Shown here piece after piece: positions 39,101 through 48,424 of a stretch of 49,048 bases of DNA (within the stretch, counting starts at the first letter, position 1; the number at the start of each line of letters is the position of its first letter). The notes below the pieces were generated by a model, which saw nothing but the letters and a program-made list of their open reading frames with translations, was not told where the DNA came from and did no database searches. Source of the DNA: an uncultured virus (IMG/VR IMGVR_UViG_3300034120_003123) (taxonomy: Duplodnaviria > Heunggongvirae > Uroviricota > Caudoviricetes); the IMG/VR virus record IMGVR_UViG_3300034120_003123; one strand, written 5' to 3'. The position numbers were made by a program, and so were the translations under genes.

Positions 39101-40086
39101 GCAGGAACCCTTTCTGTATCTAATGAAGCATTATTTTTGTTTAGCTTAATACCCCTTAGAGGAGAGCGTTCAAAAACAATGTCTGCTTTTTTCATCTCCT
39201 CCACGATATTAGAACTAATCACTTGCTCAATGCCAACATATCCCAATAGCTGCTGAACAGTCTGATCAACTTCTTCAAATTTGGCATCGCTAATATCTAA
39301 AGCAGAATTAACGGATGAAAGACCTTGGTCGTTAGAAAAATTACTCGCTTGAGAATAATTATGAAAATCTGCACCATTTGGATCTCCATTAATCATTTCA
39401 GAATCTGCTATAGACATCCAATATTCGTTGGGATTTTTGTTTTTTAATTTTTTTACCGTTGTGGTAATTGATTCTGATTTCATCCAAGTTCTTGCTTGTG
39501 GGACTAACGATGCAAAAAACTTACCTTTAGCAGTTAAGAACAGACTACTTGTATCACTATCACTAAAAGTATTATACTTTTTGAATACATTTAATACTGT
39601 GCTATAATCTGCGCTAAATAAAGAGCCAGATAATATAAATATCTGATTTTCCATCTTTACTAAATCAGCAGCAGTAGGATAGCAGCTGTCAGCGCCATCA
39701 TCTGAATACCAGCGCCCATTAGATAACCTTGGAACGTAAGAAGGATCTCGTGTTACACTGCCACTTGAAGATTCAATTACATCAGAACTTACCCCAGCAA
39801 CTTCATTGCTAAACAAAAATCCACATACGGTATGAAAATAATTAACATTCTTTTTAAAAGTAATTCCTATAGATGCATTGCCATCATCGACTGTTTCTAA
39901 AAATTTAATATCGTTTGTTTGAACCTGGCTTAAAGTAAAAGAGTTGAATTGATATGCATAGTGCTGCCTTATCCTACTTCTAATTGGAACAGTGTTTGGA
40001 AAAATAGTAACTTCCATACGAACAACACCAGCGCTGTGCGGCACTACATAACCAGAATTGTCCCAACCACTGGTGGCATCAACCAT
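36178..40086 (-). CDS. Putative tail-tip/baseplate hub protein (gp27/Tal-like C-terminal half; 1302 aa)
   Basis: Second gene after the tape measure. Hub-like motifs: LLFTGF...MSCKLEDYWSIL, YADILKKFATISGKFLYFDRRGVMHF, IVNEIRVVS, ANFSILGRVGLQAGQIILID...LTNVSNTIS. Confidence 0.65.
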   Translation of the reverse strand: MVDATSGWDNSGYVVPHSAGVVRMEVTIFPNTVPIRSRIRQHYAYQFNSFTLSQVQTNDIKFLETVDDGNASIGITFKKNVNYFHTVCGFLFSNEVAGVSSDVIESSSGSVTRDPSYVPRLSNGRWYSDDGADSCYPTAADLVKMENQIFILSGSLFSADYSTVLNVFKKYNTFSDSDTSSLFLTAKGKFFASLVPQARTWMKSESITTTVKKLKNKNPNEYWMSIADSEMINGDPNGADFHNYSQASNFSNDQGLSSVNSALDISDAKFEEVDQTVQQLLGYVGIEQVISSNIVEEMKKADIVFERSPLRGIKLNKNNASLDTERVPAYVGLPPGVHASFYKANPIFPGEDFTFRFHKTAQSHSKAIIESPNDEVRYAMQESYKYIDSGCTSADNEDNGTLTPNFGVCRPTFIQNKNGKFNVNRIVSKNAKDYYLADQSYVAIEIDGGVENRYFLIIPERGTVIMIEITADAEICDVVDNDQNLAKFLDFSGMRHSRLLFDFGISGSSLLNQENFSIHFQHFRGLLRVTFESGTTQSFTVSRQRFTKDIYGLKENILLYNFLDDKNPFKNNGTFLDHPALKDKLSSEKFPIKLSGNLIVHMGHIRAAFNFSPITYPSTTSLNISYPVGISNLEGNDSAVNILLRSSGGYEEGSGRNSFSDLMNKYFIKNENGKIVPGQSKPYYTHCSSQISEVIGGSLVNINSDLFSANQKMCITGPSLYNDKNWPFYLGEYSDPSSIAASYRLTDKKEFVNRVHPSITLKSGSITFKGSNGSLWLLEGATRPICDGFSVFVPEGIKPQWKGVAADVTVNVMEFSDSWDRSDRSFMQHSGNIKFYLNKADALPLIENITSVQTEKGSLLDGARKADRIDVDGISRFGEFQGDQTPLLASLQDKYFYVEVRAWRDPYKVNTFGAGLNAQNTNNGPSVVENAFYATHENGIPDEDNTLLFTGFCRSSSYSIKDTHIEMSCKLEDYWSILSSMTWLNAPFYDAMRDYDAVFDVMQRAGFFYERSSRDPAYLIHKYVSTPSDSDYYEIPYDGDVCLANDYVLPGSYGTMDQPILKPNTGDYYADILKKFATISGKFLYFDRRGVMHFDIPSDEMEIMQITSTDPSREIYQAPPSHIFSHTYSSPDQDLVPWWNVITDTYNFQRKVEDIVNEIRVVSSTPNGSLVTAAHMNRASLSDIGLPGFIGFRKMFLQKSGYFGSGEAVRKQVERYTTMFNAPVVANFSILGRVGLQAGQIILIDGPGISGAYRLLLTNVSNTISPRDNSWVSSVSGRYFLPGEKIKFTGTTLTLGTGGGGT

Positions 40087-43000
40087 TAAATAAGCTCCGA
40101 AAAAACAGAATCACTTACCGTTAAAAGATCAGGCTTTACAATACCATTATTGATTGTAACTCCTCTTATTATATTACTATCATCTTCATAATACAACCTT
40201 ATTATGTCGTTACCTACATAACAAGCACCAGGAGCTTTACCGTTAGTTTTTAAATTAGAATATGAATTTATTATAGAATCATTACTGCCAAGCTGTTTTT
40301 CCACATTAGATAAACTTGATAAGTTAGCGTTATTTACATCTGAAAATATCCCAAAATTAACAAAACTAGTTCCGTTTTTTATTGCCTCAAACATACCAGA
40401 TGGCATTTCTCCTATTACATAATAAGGATGATAAGATGAATGTTTAGGGTTGTTTTTAGTCTGCAAATATTTAACTATACTTGTACTACTACTGAGCCCT
40501 TGAAAAGAAGAAAGATCAAAATTTTGACCAAATATAGCGTTTTCTACTACGTAAAATAAAGTTAATCTATTAGATTGAAAATCATAACAACTAGAAATAT
40601 TATCTATAGAAACAGCAGAACCAGCAACAAATTGATTATTTACTAAATCAATAAAGCTATCTTGATCATTGGCTCCCCACTTAATAGGCCTGAAACCAAA
40701 CAGCTTACTCATATTAAATATGTTATTCCAATCTTTGCCATTTTGACTCCACTTAATATGAATAAAGCCGTCCTTTAATAAAAATGCTACCACAGACCCA
40801 TTGCCTAAAACTTCAAAAGTATACGGCTGGTTAACTGCCCAATCATCATCTATGTTGCTTTCATCAATTATTGGTAAAGCATTAACTTGTATTCTTGGAT
40901 AAAAAATCTTAGACAAACCTAAGGAAGAAGATGGAACATTGATAGAATACTCGCCAATATTAACAATTGAATTAATATTACTAAATGAACGAGATGGTGC
41001 ACTTGCTTTTAATTCTTCTGCCTTTATCTTTATCCCATTACATACGACAGTGTTAATATTTTCTTTTACCAAAAACTCATTATCCGTATATCTGGCTTGA
41101 ACAATATAAGCTGGCTGCAACCTTGCAATATGATCAAATTCTTTTGGACTTTCTTCATATGCATCTAAATTCTGGATAATATGATATATAATTGGAGACA
41201 ATCCTATGACAGCATTGTTTGAATTAGCACTTATATTAAAAGTATTGCTACTCACAACTTCTTGATCATAATATTTAATTTTTGAAAGCATCCAACTATC
41301 AATTGGCTTACATAATAAATTTCCATTTAAAGAAAACATAAAATACAACTTGTTTCCTCTTGGATCAGATTTGAGGACGCATTGAAAAATATTTTCATTA
41401 ACAAAAGATTGAAAAATATTTCTGATTAGTTTCCACCTCCTGTTGTGATCTCCAGTCATATATACATCCAATGAAGGAGATGCATCTTTAAGATTAAGCA
41501 AACCTACATATCCTTGAGAATAGCCGTCTATAGCTGGAAAACAATCATTGGCAGTAAATGTGAATTTATTGTAATTCTCTACTTCAAATACTCTTACTTT
41601 AATATAAAATGGTTTTATATTCTTAAAACGATCAAAAAAAGGACCTGAAAAATACATTTTACTACATTCACAGTTATATATATTTATCTCAGATAGCAGT
41701 CCATCACTTTTGTTGCCTCCAACTCCCATCATGTAGGCATAAGAAATGGCTTCTTTCTTTATTAAAGCATTACCCTGAGGTTCGTCAAAACTGATATTAT
41801 AATAATAATTTTCATTTGAAATATTATCATCAAAGCCCTCAAATGGGGTAAAGCTTATAGAAATGTAACTGACTCTATAAGTAGCGTCGAAAGATAATGT
41901 AGCAAATTCACTTCCAGTTTCAGCAGGGGACTCATACCTTATTCCTATGCTTTCTGCAGATGACCACACTAAATCTTTATAATTAATAATGCTATCTTTA
42001 TTTTCCTGATAAAAACCTGAATCCTCACTAGAGACTAATTCTCCTCCATATTGATGAAATGGCATTTTGTCTACGGGAAGACCAAACCATTTTCTATCTT
42101 GATATTTATAAGAAGACACAGATTTATTTGCGTCAATTACTTCTTGCTTTTGCTCATAGCCTAAAACTGGGTTGGAGTTATTAAAAATAAAACATGGCAT
42201 ATCTGCAGAAAATATTCTAACCTTACCACTATAAGATTGTGCATACAAGCCAATATATTTTTTAATATCAGCAGCAAACCCAAGCTTAACATCATATGCA
42301 TTACTCCTTATCCACAATTGCTCATAAGGCTGCACTCCCATAGCTGCTCCTACTCCACCAACTCCCTCCCAAAAGACTCTGCCCTTACGACTTAAATCTA
42401 CCGGGGAAACATCAAAACAGAAATTTTCTGCAGTTATGGTTGCTCTTCCAACTTCTTGACCAGTTGCGCTTAAAGTAGGAGGCAAAATTTGAATAATGTT
42501 TAAATTCCAAGTTGGGTTTACTATATTATCAAAAAAAGAATCAGACAAGTCGTAATACAAAGACGCATCTTCTGTAGATGCAAGATCAGAAGAATATTTT
42601 TTAAAAGTAGAAACTTCATCTTTTAATTGAAAATTTTGAACATTTAAAAAATCAAGAGGACATATTCCTACTCCTGCTCCTCCAGAGCTTCTTTTTTTTA
42701 TTGTCATTAAAGCGTCAGCTAAAAAGGAATCATATCCTATTTTTTCATCATCTGTGAAAAGACTATTAACAATTACTGACCTGTCGTATTTTACCACAAT
42801 GATAGAAGGGCCATCATCCAAATAACTATTCACAGAAATAGAATTATTGGATGCTTCAAAATTTGTTCTCCACCAATCTTGGTCAAGTATTTGACTTTTA
42901 TTTATTAACAACGTAAAATTTCCTATACCATCTATGTAACCTATACCCCCACCTATATTTACACTATTTTGTATAAAATTATTAGCAGCTACAAATATGC

Positions 43001-44762
43001 CTTCTGGCAACATAAACTTGTCGCTTCTTTCTTGAACACTTCTTGCTGCAAGCCTATATGTTCCAACGGTAGCCCTTGGAATGTCTCCGTCAGGATCTAA
43101 TCCATTAAAAACATTTTGACTAATTTTAAAATCTTGTATAGGCGTAGAAAAATCATACAAAGCTGGCAAACCACGAACGTTAGACAATACACCAAAATCA
43201 AAACTGTTTGAAACTGTTGGAAATCTATTTGCTATTGAAGAAAAATCATATTTTGCATTTGGATTAACATAGAACTTTTCATATACAAAAGCGTGATTTT
43301 GATAAAAAGATTTAGAATCAACGTTAGAAACACCAGAAGATGCGGTTGAAAAAAGTCTGTAAGAATTAGTCTGTCTAATTTGTGGACCTTTTACGATTTC
43401 ATATGTTACATAAAGCTTAATAGGTTGAAATGAACTTGTATTTGTTGAAATTTTAGATTTTGGTATAAAAATTTGAATTTGCGCAGAACCACCAGGAATA
43501 TGCTCCTCTGGAATAGAAGTGGTAGGTCCAGTGAATCTTTTAACCTGTCTCATAAACGATCCAGTTATTGCTCTATCTTTAACTATTGCAAATCCACATG
43601 GATCTTTAGACAAAAATTTTGTTTGAGAAACTCCGTTTCTTGGGTCAGATGAATCGGTAAGACCTTTACCAATATATCTTTTTTCCTGATCTTCAAATTC
43701 AAAAGGTTGAAAAAATACCCCAAACACACTAGATATAAAATCAAAACTTCCACCTAAAGATTTGTTTATTATAATATAATTTTCGCCTTGAATAAACTTA
43801 TTTTTATAACCTACATTTTCTCCTGTCTGTCTTTCAAACAAGTCATTAAAACTAATTGTAATTTCTTCATCAAATATTGTTTCTGAAGAATTAACAACAG
43901 AATAACCATTTTTTATAGTATATGGCTTATATATGGCTGGGGCAGTAATTCTCAAAAGATTTGCTGTTACACCAGCAAGCAGATCCAGTATGCCAGCACC
44001 CAACACCAATCCTGCAAAACCCTCAACCCCAGCACCTGGATCAAATGTTCTTTGCAAATCTATTCCACCACCAAAGCCTAGCCATAAACTCAAAGCTCTA
44101 GAAGGCAAAAGAGCAACCTTAGCAGCTCCAAATCTTGGCTCTTCAAAAAATGGCTCTTTAATTTTACCAATATATTTTGATTTATCAGCCAAAAAATACG
44201 GCACTATATCTACGCTCACACCACGTTGTGCTATCTGACCTGCAGTAGATGTGCCACTACCAGTAGGGATAACGTACAAATCGTCTCCAGATACAGCTTG
44301 ATTGTTAGGAATGAATTTTCTATCGTTAACTACATGTACTCTTTTTGTTATTACTCTTCCACTGTTTGGAATACCAAAACCACCCTCTACGTATTGACCT
44401 TGAGAGTCTTCAACTAAAGTGTTGCTAAGCCAGACATACTCTAAGTAAATTTGATACACTTTTTCAATTTTACCATTTTCGTCTGGAGACAAAGGCTGAC
44501 CATCAGGCCCTTTTAAATCATCTTCGCTAGACACAAAATCAAATATATATCGTGGCGTAACTGGGTCTGAATTAGGAATATTAGACCCAGAACGACGAAG
44601 TTGATATGAATTAGGCAAAGGTTCCTGAGATGCGCTAAGATTTAAAACCTCAAATGGCTTAATAAAACCTAGCGGTATTAAATCACCGAGATAATAAGCT
44701 GAGAAGCCTCTTAATCTTCTTCTTAAGTCTGGATTAAGTATACTAGAATATGTGTCACCCAT
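40086..44762 (-). CDS. Large tail-tip protein immediately after the tape measure (1558 aa), function unknown
   Basis: Long coupled ORF in the position usually held by distal tail proteins. BNR-like YMTGDHNRRW and WSQNGKDW motifs in the C-terminal part. Confidence 0.6.
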   Translation of the reverse strand: MGDTYSSILNPDLRRRLRGFSAYYLGDLIPLGFIKPFEVLNLSASQEPLPNSYQLRRSGSNIPNSDPVTPRYIFDFVSSEDDLKGPDGQPLSPDENGKIEKVYQIYLEYVWLSNTLVEDSQGQYVEGGFGIPNSGRVITKRVHVVNDRKFIPNNQAVSGDDLYVIPTGSGTSTAGQIAQRGVSVDIVPYFLADKSKYIGKIKEPFFEEPRFGAAKVALLPSRALSLWLGFGGGIDLQRTFDPGAGVEGFAGLVLGAGILDLLAGVTANLLRITAPAIYKPYTIKNGYSVVNSSETIFDEEITISFNDLFERQTGENVGYKNKFIQGENYIIINKSLGGSFDFISSVFGVFFQPFEFEDQEKRYIGKGLTDSSDPRNGVSQTKFLSKDPCGFAIVKDRAITGSFMRQVKRFTGPTTSIPEEHIPGGSAQIQIFIPKSKISTNTSSFQPIKLYVTYEIVKGPQIRQTNSYRLFSTASSGVSNVDSKSFYQNHAFVYEKFYVNPNAKYDFSSIANRFPTVSNSFDFGVLSNVRGLPALYDFSTPIQDFKISQNVFNGLDPDGDIPRATVGTYRLAARSVQERSDKFMLPEGIFVAANNFIQNSVNIGGGIGYIDGIGNFTLLINKSQILDQDWWRTNFEASNNSISVNSYLDDGPSIIVVKYDRSVIVNSLFTDDEKIGYDSFLADALMTIKKRSSGGAGVGICPLDFLNVQNFQLKDEVSTFKKYSSDLASTEDASLYYDLSDSFFDNIVNPTWNLNIIQILPPTLSATGQEVGRATITAENFCFDVSPVDLSRKGRVFWEGVGGVGAAMGVQPYEQLWIRSNAYDVKLGFAADIKKYIGLYAQSYSGKVRIFSADMPCFIFNNSNPVLGYEQKQEVIDANKSVSSYKYQDRKWFGLPVDKMPFHQYGGELVSSEDSGFYQENKDSIINYKDLVWSSAESIGIRYESPAETGSEFATLSFDATYRVSYISISFTPFEGFDDNISNENYYYNISFDEPQGNALIKKEAISYAYMMGVGGNKSDGLLSEINIYNCECSKMYFSGPFFDRFKNIKPFYIKVRVFEVENYNKFTFTANDCFPAIDGYSQGYVGLLNLKDASPSLDVYMTGDHNRRWKLIRNIFQSFVNENIFQCVLKSDPRGNKLYFMFSLNGNLLCKPIDSWMLSKIKYYDQEVVSSNTFNISANSNNAVIGLSPIIYHIIQNLDAYEESPKEFDHIARLQPAYIVQARYTDNEFLVKENINTVVCNGIKIKAEELKASAPSRSFSNINSIVNIGEYSINVPSSSLGLSKIFYPRIQVNALPIIDESNIDDDWAVNQPYTFEVLGNGSVVAFLLKDGFIHIKWSQNGKDWNNIFNMSKLFGFRPIKWGANDQDSFIDLVNNQFVAGSAVSIDNISSCYDFQSNRLTLFYVVENAIFGQNFDLSSFQGLSSSTSIVKYLQTKNNPKHSSYHPYYVIGEMPSGMFEAIKNGTSFVNFGIFSDVNNANLSSLSNVEKQLGSNDSIINSYSNLKTNGKAPGACYVGNDIIRLYYEDDSNIIRGVTINNGIVKPDLLTVSDSVFSELI

Positions 44763-44764
44763 TT

Positions 44765-47359
44765 TTACTCAGGAGATGTTTGCTTTGTTAATTCACTAAC
44801 AGCTGCAGACATCCCTTTCTTGACTGCTTCTACAACTCCCCTTTGTATAGTAGTCGATATTTCTTTTATCATATCAGACGTATCTATCTTTGTTGAAGCA
44901 ACTCCTGCTGCAGCTCCTGAAGCAGCCGCAGCTTCTACTGCAGCAGCAACACCTTTTGCATTTTGAGGAGCTCCTAGAGCCTTTATCGTTCCAGCTTGGC
45001 CTGAAGCTGCAGTTTCAGCAATCACTCCAGTGTATTCAGGACGAGCACCTGCCGCTATTGCTAGTCTTTCTCCAACATGTTGACCTATCTGCTCTGGTAA
45101 ACTAGTTACGAGCTTCTGTATGTCATCCATACTAGTCATAACATGTTGACTGTACTCTTCGCTCTTTGGACCAAATCCTCCAGTTAAGCCACCAGGACCG
45201 AACTGAGTTGCTTGAGTAATTCCCCCACTGCCAGCACCAGTTCTTAATACTCTAGGAACTGACTCTGTAGTTCTAATCAAAGCTCCTAAATTTTTATTTT
45301 GATCAGCCACTATTTCTGTAAACATGCCAGCACCGATTTCCATGGAGTTAATTGCATCAAGGTAACCTTCACGAAGTTGCTTCAATTGGTCTAAAGCCTG
45401 CTTATTTAAATTATTCCTAGTAGCTATATGCTTTTGCATTTCAATTTCAAGCTTTGTAGCCTGTTCTGCAGCGACCAGTCTTTGTAAATCAGTCTTTGTA
45501 GCATCATTAGAATCTGATATAGCTTTTTGTCTGGCGTTGGATATATCTTTTATAATTGATTCTTCTTGTTTAGCTTGCTCCATAAGATTTTTTGCAGCTT
45601 TTTCTCTCGCAGCAGCATTAGCTCCAATACCAACAGCCAGACTATCCATTAAAGATATTTCACTTTGCAATAATTCATTTTGAGCCTGCAATTTTTCTAT
45701 AGCAACTTGTTCTTGCCTTATCATGGCCTGAACATCCGCCTCTCTAGCAGCCCTCTCTTGCTGAACTGAGTCAGCGCGAGCCTTATTAACTTCAGCTTTC
45801 ATTCTATTGATATCATTTTCCTGTTCTTGCCTACTAGTGAGAAATTTTAATTCATCAGCATTTCCTGTTTCTTGAAATTTTTGTAACTGGATCTCTCTTT
45901 GTGCTATTTGTTCATTAAGTTTTGCAGCAGCTTCAGTATTTCCAAGCTGTGCAGTTTGAATAGCAGCTGATTTTTGTCTACTTATTTGTTTAGCAGCTTC
46001 TGCAGCAAGCTCATCCTTATTAAGAGTATTGCTTTTTTTTGCAAACTCTTCCATTTCAGCAATGCCTGCATCTAAATTTGCTATTCTTTCACTTGCAACT
46101 TGAGCCATTTGATTTCTTTGTTTTGCTACATTTTCTGGAGAAATACCCATAGATGCTACATCAATGCCCCTTCCAGAATAAGCTGAAAGTTCGGCCATAG
46201 CTTTTAAGGCGTCTACACTTGCTAATAAAGTATTTTTCATAACGTCATAGTTTTGCTGTAAAGTCTTATTTCTTTGAGCAATTTGATCTGTAATAAGAGC
46301 TCTTTTTTCATCAGACGTTAACATATTGTTTTGAATACGATTAATATTTATAGCTGTTTTTTCTTCCTCTTGTCTTCTTTTAGCTATTAATTCAGAATTT
46401 TGTGCAATGAGATTTTTGGCTTCTGCTTCTGAAAAACCAGCCTCTACAAGTTTTGCTTGAGCCTCTTTTACGTCTGAATAATTACCAATAAGAGATTTTA
46501 AGGCTTCCTGTGAAGATGCGCCTATTTCTTTTGATCCAGTGTCTGCTCGTGCCTTGTTAAAAGCTTTTAAACTACTTACAGTAGCATCTATCCCTGTCGC
46601 AATTACAGCTGAGCCTATATTATTTAATACACCCAAAGTGTTCGCCAAAGCAGTACTATCTCCACCCTGCACTAAAGCAGCCTCCATTGCAGAAGTTGCT
46701 TGGCGGCTTTGCTGCACTTTTTCTGTCATTTGCAATAATTTTGTTTCTGCTTCATTTTTTCCATTTATATACTTCATATAACTGAAAAATTGATCTCTGT
46801 CTATTTCTCCAAGCTTATACTTCATCTCAATCTGAGATTTTGTTAAATCTCTAAGAGCAGCTCCTCTTTCTAGCTCCTCTTGAGAACCCATTTTTAGACC
46901 ATCAGTTTTACCCATGATCATCATGAGTTTTGTAAAATTATCTCTTAAGCCAACAGAGCTTTTGTCAAGCTCTGCAAGTTGCTGTATAAATCTTTTAGCA
47001 GCAGCTTCATTATTACCAAATATCTGCTTTGATCTTTCTAGTAGAGTTTGAAAGCTTTCTATATCATCTATTGGCTCACGGAAGCCAGTAGTCAAAGTTC
47101 TTTGCATTTCAATCGCTGACTCAGCAGTAAAATTGAACTGTCGCATGACAGTGGTAATCTGGTCTTTCACAGTACCAAAGTCTCTGCCAAGCGCACTACT
47201 AGAAACGGATAAATTATAAAGCTGTTGATTGAGTCCCTGAATCTTGTTCATCAACTCCGGGACACTCATCTTTACACCGGTGAGCTTCTCTCCAAGCTCA
47301 GCAGCTTTTGCTATATTAGTATCTAATAATTTTGCAAATTCATTGAGTTCACCAGCCAT
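44765..47359 (-). CDS. Tail tape measure protein (864 aa)
   Basis: Ala/Gln/Glu/Lys-rich, helical/coiled-coil composition with a Gly-rich C-terminal part, unlike its beta-rich neighbours. Lies directly downstream of the chaperones and tail tube. Confidence 0.8.
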   Translation of the reverse strand: MAGELNEFAKLLDTNIAKAAELGEKLTGVKMSVPELMNKIQGLNQQLYNLSVSSSALGRDFGTVKDQITTVMRQFNFTAESAIEMQRTLTTGFREPIDDIESFQTLLERSKQIFGNNEAAAKRFIQQLAELDKSSVGLRDNFTKLMMIMGKTDGLKMGSQEELERGAALRDLTKSQIEMKYKLGEIDRDQFFSYMKYINGKNEAETKLLQMTEKVQQSRQATSAMEAALVQGGDSTALANTLGVLNNIGSAVIATGIDATVSSLKAFNKARADTGSKEIGASSQEALKSLIGNYSDVKEAQAKLVEAGFSEAEAKNLIAQNSELIAKRRQEEEKTAININRIQNNMLTSDEKRALITDQIAQRNKTLQQNYDVMKNTLLASVDALKAMAELSAYSGRGIDVASMGISPENVAKQRNQMAQVASERIANLDAGIAEMEEFAKKSNTLNKDELAAEAAKQISRQKSAAIQTAQLGNTEAAAKLNEQIAQREIQLQKFQETGNADELKFLTSRQEQENDINRMKAEVNKARADSVQQERAAREADVQAMIRQEQVAIEKLQAQNELLQSEISLMDSLAVGIGANAAAREKAAKNLMEQAKQEESIIKDISNARQKAISDSNDATKTDLQRLVAAEQATKLEIEMQKHIATRNNLNKQALDQLKQLREGYLDAINSMEIGAGMFTEIVADQNKNLGALIRTTESVPRVLRTGAGSGGITQATQFGPGGLTGGFGPKSEEYSQHVMTSMDDIQKLVTSLPEQIGQHVGERLAIAAGARPEYTGVIAETAASGQAGTIKALGAPQNAKGVAAAVEAAAASGAAAGVASTKIDTSDMIKEISTTIQRGVVEAVKKGMSAAVSELTKQTSPE

Positions 47360-47368
47360 ATATAATTA

Positions 47369-47752
47369 TCACACTTTCTTATCAAACTCGTCCATTAAAT
47401 AAAAGGCAATAGAACTTGACAAACTATCCAATGCTTGCACGGTTACAGGAACAGGATTCCCAGATGCATCTTTAAACGACCATTTCTTAATAGATTGAGC
47501 AAATCTTTCTGACCTAAATTTCATTGGATTAAAGACAAATTTTCCATCTGAATCCTGCATGCAAGCAGCTTGAACCTTTTTCAACATACCATAATTCATT
47601 TTTTTAAAAGAAACAATATGTTTTTCAAAAGCATTATTAGTAAATTTTTCTTTTGCCTCTATCTCTGAGCCAACGCAGCTCATTTCGCCGTTTAATTCAC
47701 CACAAAAAAAAGTAATGTCAAAACCGTCATTATCTGTTATAAAAATTCCCAT
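47369..47752 (-). CDS. Second tail assembly chaperone-like protein (127 aa)
   Basis: Chaperone-like SIKKWSFKDASGNPVPVTVQALDSLS; similar to the 135-aa gene; own AGGAG ribosome-binding site. Confidence 0.7.
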   Translation of the reverse strand: MGIFITDNDGFDITFFCGELNGEMSCVGSEIEAKEKFTNNAFEKHIVSFKKMNYGMLKKVQAACMQDSDGKFVFNPMKFRSERFAQSIKKWSFKDASGNPVPVTVQALDSLSSSIAFYLMDEFDKKV

Positions 47753-47757
47753 ATTTT

Positions 47758-47762
47758 CTCCT
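47758..47762 (-). promoter_or_regulatory. Shine-Dalgarno site AGGAG for the 127-aa gene
   Basis: Minus strand reads TAA-AGGAG-AAAAT-ATG (5-nt spacer). Confidence 0.75.
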
Positions 47763-48397
47763 TTATATTAAAGATTTTCCTGTTGCGCTCATGTACATCA
47801 TATTTACTATGTCAAAATTTCTGTAATTTAATTTTACTAAAGCCATAAGGTAAAAAAATTCTTTTTCATTATCATCCATTGATTTGATGTATTCTAGTGT
47901 CCATCCAGTGTCTTGAACTATTATGTACTCTTTACAAGATTCTGGCACTTCTGAATTTTGTTCACCAGTCAAAATATTCCGAAGCGCCTCTATACTTTTC
48001 CCAATTCATCTTCTGCCTTTTTTGTGAGATTGTAGATCTTGTCATACATGATATCTACAAAATCACATGGTAAAGAATCTATAGAAGAATCTTCATTTGA
48101 TATAGAAACATCTGGACCACGTATTCTCCAAGATTTTAAAAATGTCTCTATGAATACATTCTTATAAGCAATATAATCATACGCTACTTCTATTTTAATT
48201 GGATCAAATATCTCAACTTGCTTTAAGAGCTTATTTCTAGTACTAGATGTAGGAAAAGTCCATTCAGAATCTATTTCAAATACTTGAATATTATCTGGAA
48301 TTGGATCTTCAATAGGCGATGCTAACTCTTTAGCGTATATGAATGCGCCGTTTTCAACAAAAACTTTTGCTTTTTGGTGTAGAGTTACATTCTTCAC
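47763..48397 (-). CDS. Tail assembly chaperone GT (-1 frameshift fusion, about 211 aa); includes the ORF-track 69-aa ORF 47763..47972
   Basis: After a -1 slip at G GGA AAA the frame reads GK-SIEALRNIL-TGEQNSEVP with no stop, entering the 69-aa ORF. That ORF has a gpT-like GWTLEYIKSM motif and no obvious RBS of its own. Confidence 0.85.
47990..48397 (-). CDS. Tail assembly chaperone G (135 aa)
   Basis: Small acidic protein between tail tube and tape measure, with FLKSWRI...IDSLP. Ends ELGKV* with a slippery heptamer two codons before the stop. GTG start. Confidence 0.85.
   Translation of the reverse strand: MKNVTLHQKAKVFVENGAFIYAKELASPIEDPIPDNIQVFEIDSEWTFPTSSTRNKLLKQVEIFDPIKIEVAYDYIAYKNVFIETFLKSWRIRGPDVSISNEDSSIDSLPCDFVDIMYDKIYNLTKKAEDELGKV
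47996..48002 (-). promoter_or_regulatory. Programmed -1 ribosomal frameshift slippery heptamer G GGA AAA
   Basis: Minus strand GAA TTG GGA AAA GTA TAG fits X XXY YYZ in the correct phase; compare lambda G/GT G GGA AAG. Confidence 0.85.
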
Positions 48398-48404
48398 AAG
48401 TCTT

Positions 48405-48424
48405 ATATAGCCTCAAGGCTATAT
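48405..48424 (-). promoter_or_regulatory. Perfect inverted repeat (hairpin) between tail tube and chaperone genes
   Basis: ATATAGCCT-CA-AGGCTATAT: 9-bp arms, no following U-tract. Overlaps a GAGG upstream of the GTG start. Confidence 0.6.

Noticed and set aside
1577..46781. Numerous short plus-strand ORFs and nested minus-strand ORFs (62-133 aa)
   Set aside because: All lie inside long, coupled minus-strand genes and show no recognisable motifs.
47763..47972. Independent 69-aa gene starting at TTG
   Set aside because: Better explained as the -1 frameshift extension of the upstream chaperone.
48405..48424. Rho-independent terminator
   Set aside because: The stem is AT-rich and lacks a following U-tract on the coding strand; kept only as a regulatory hairpin.
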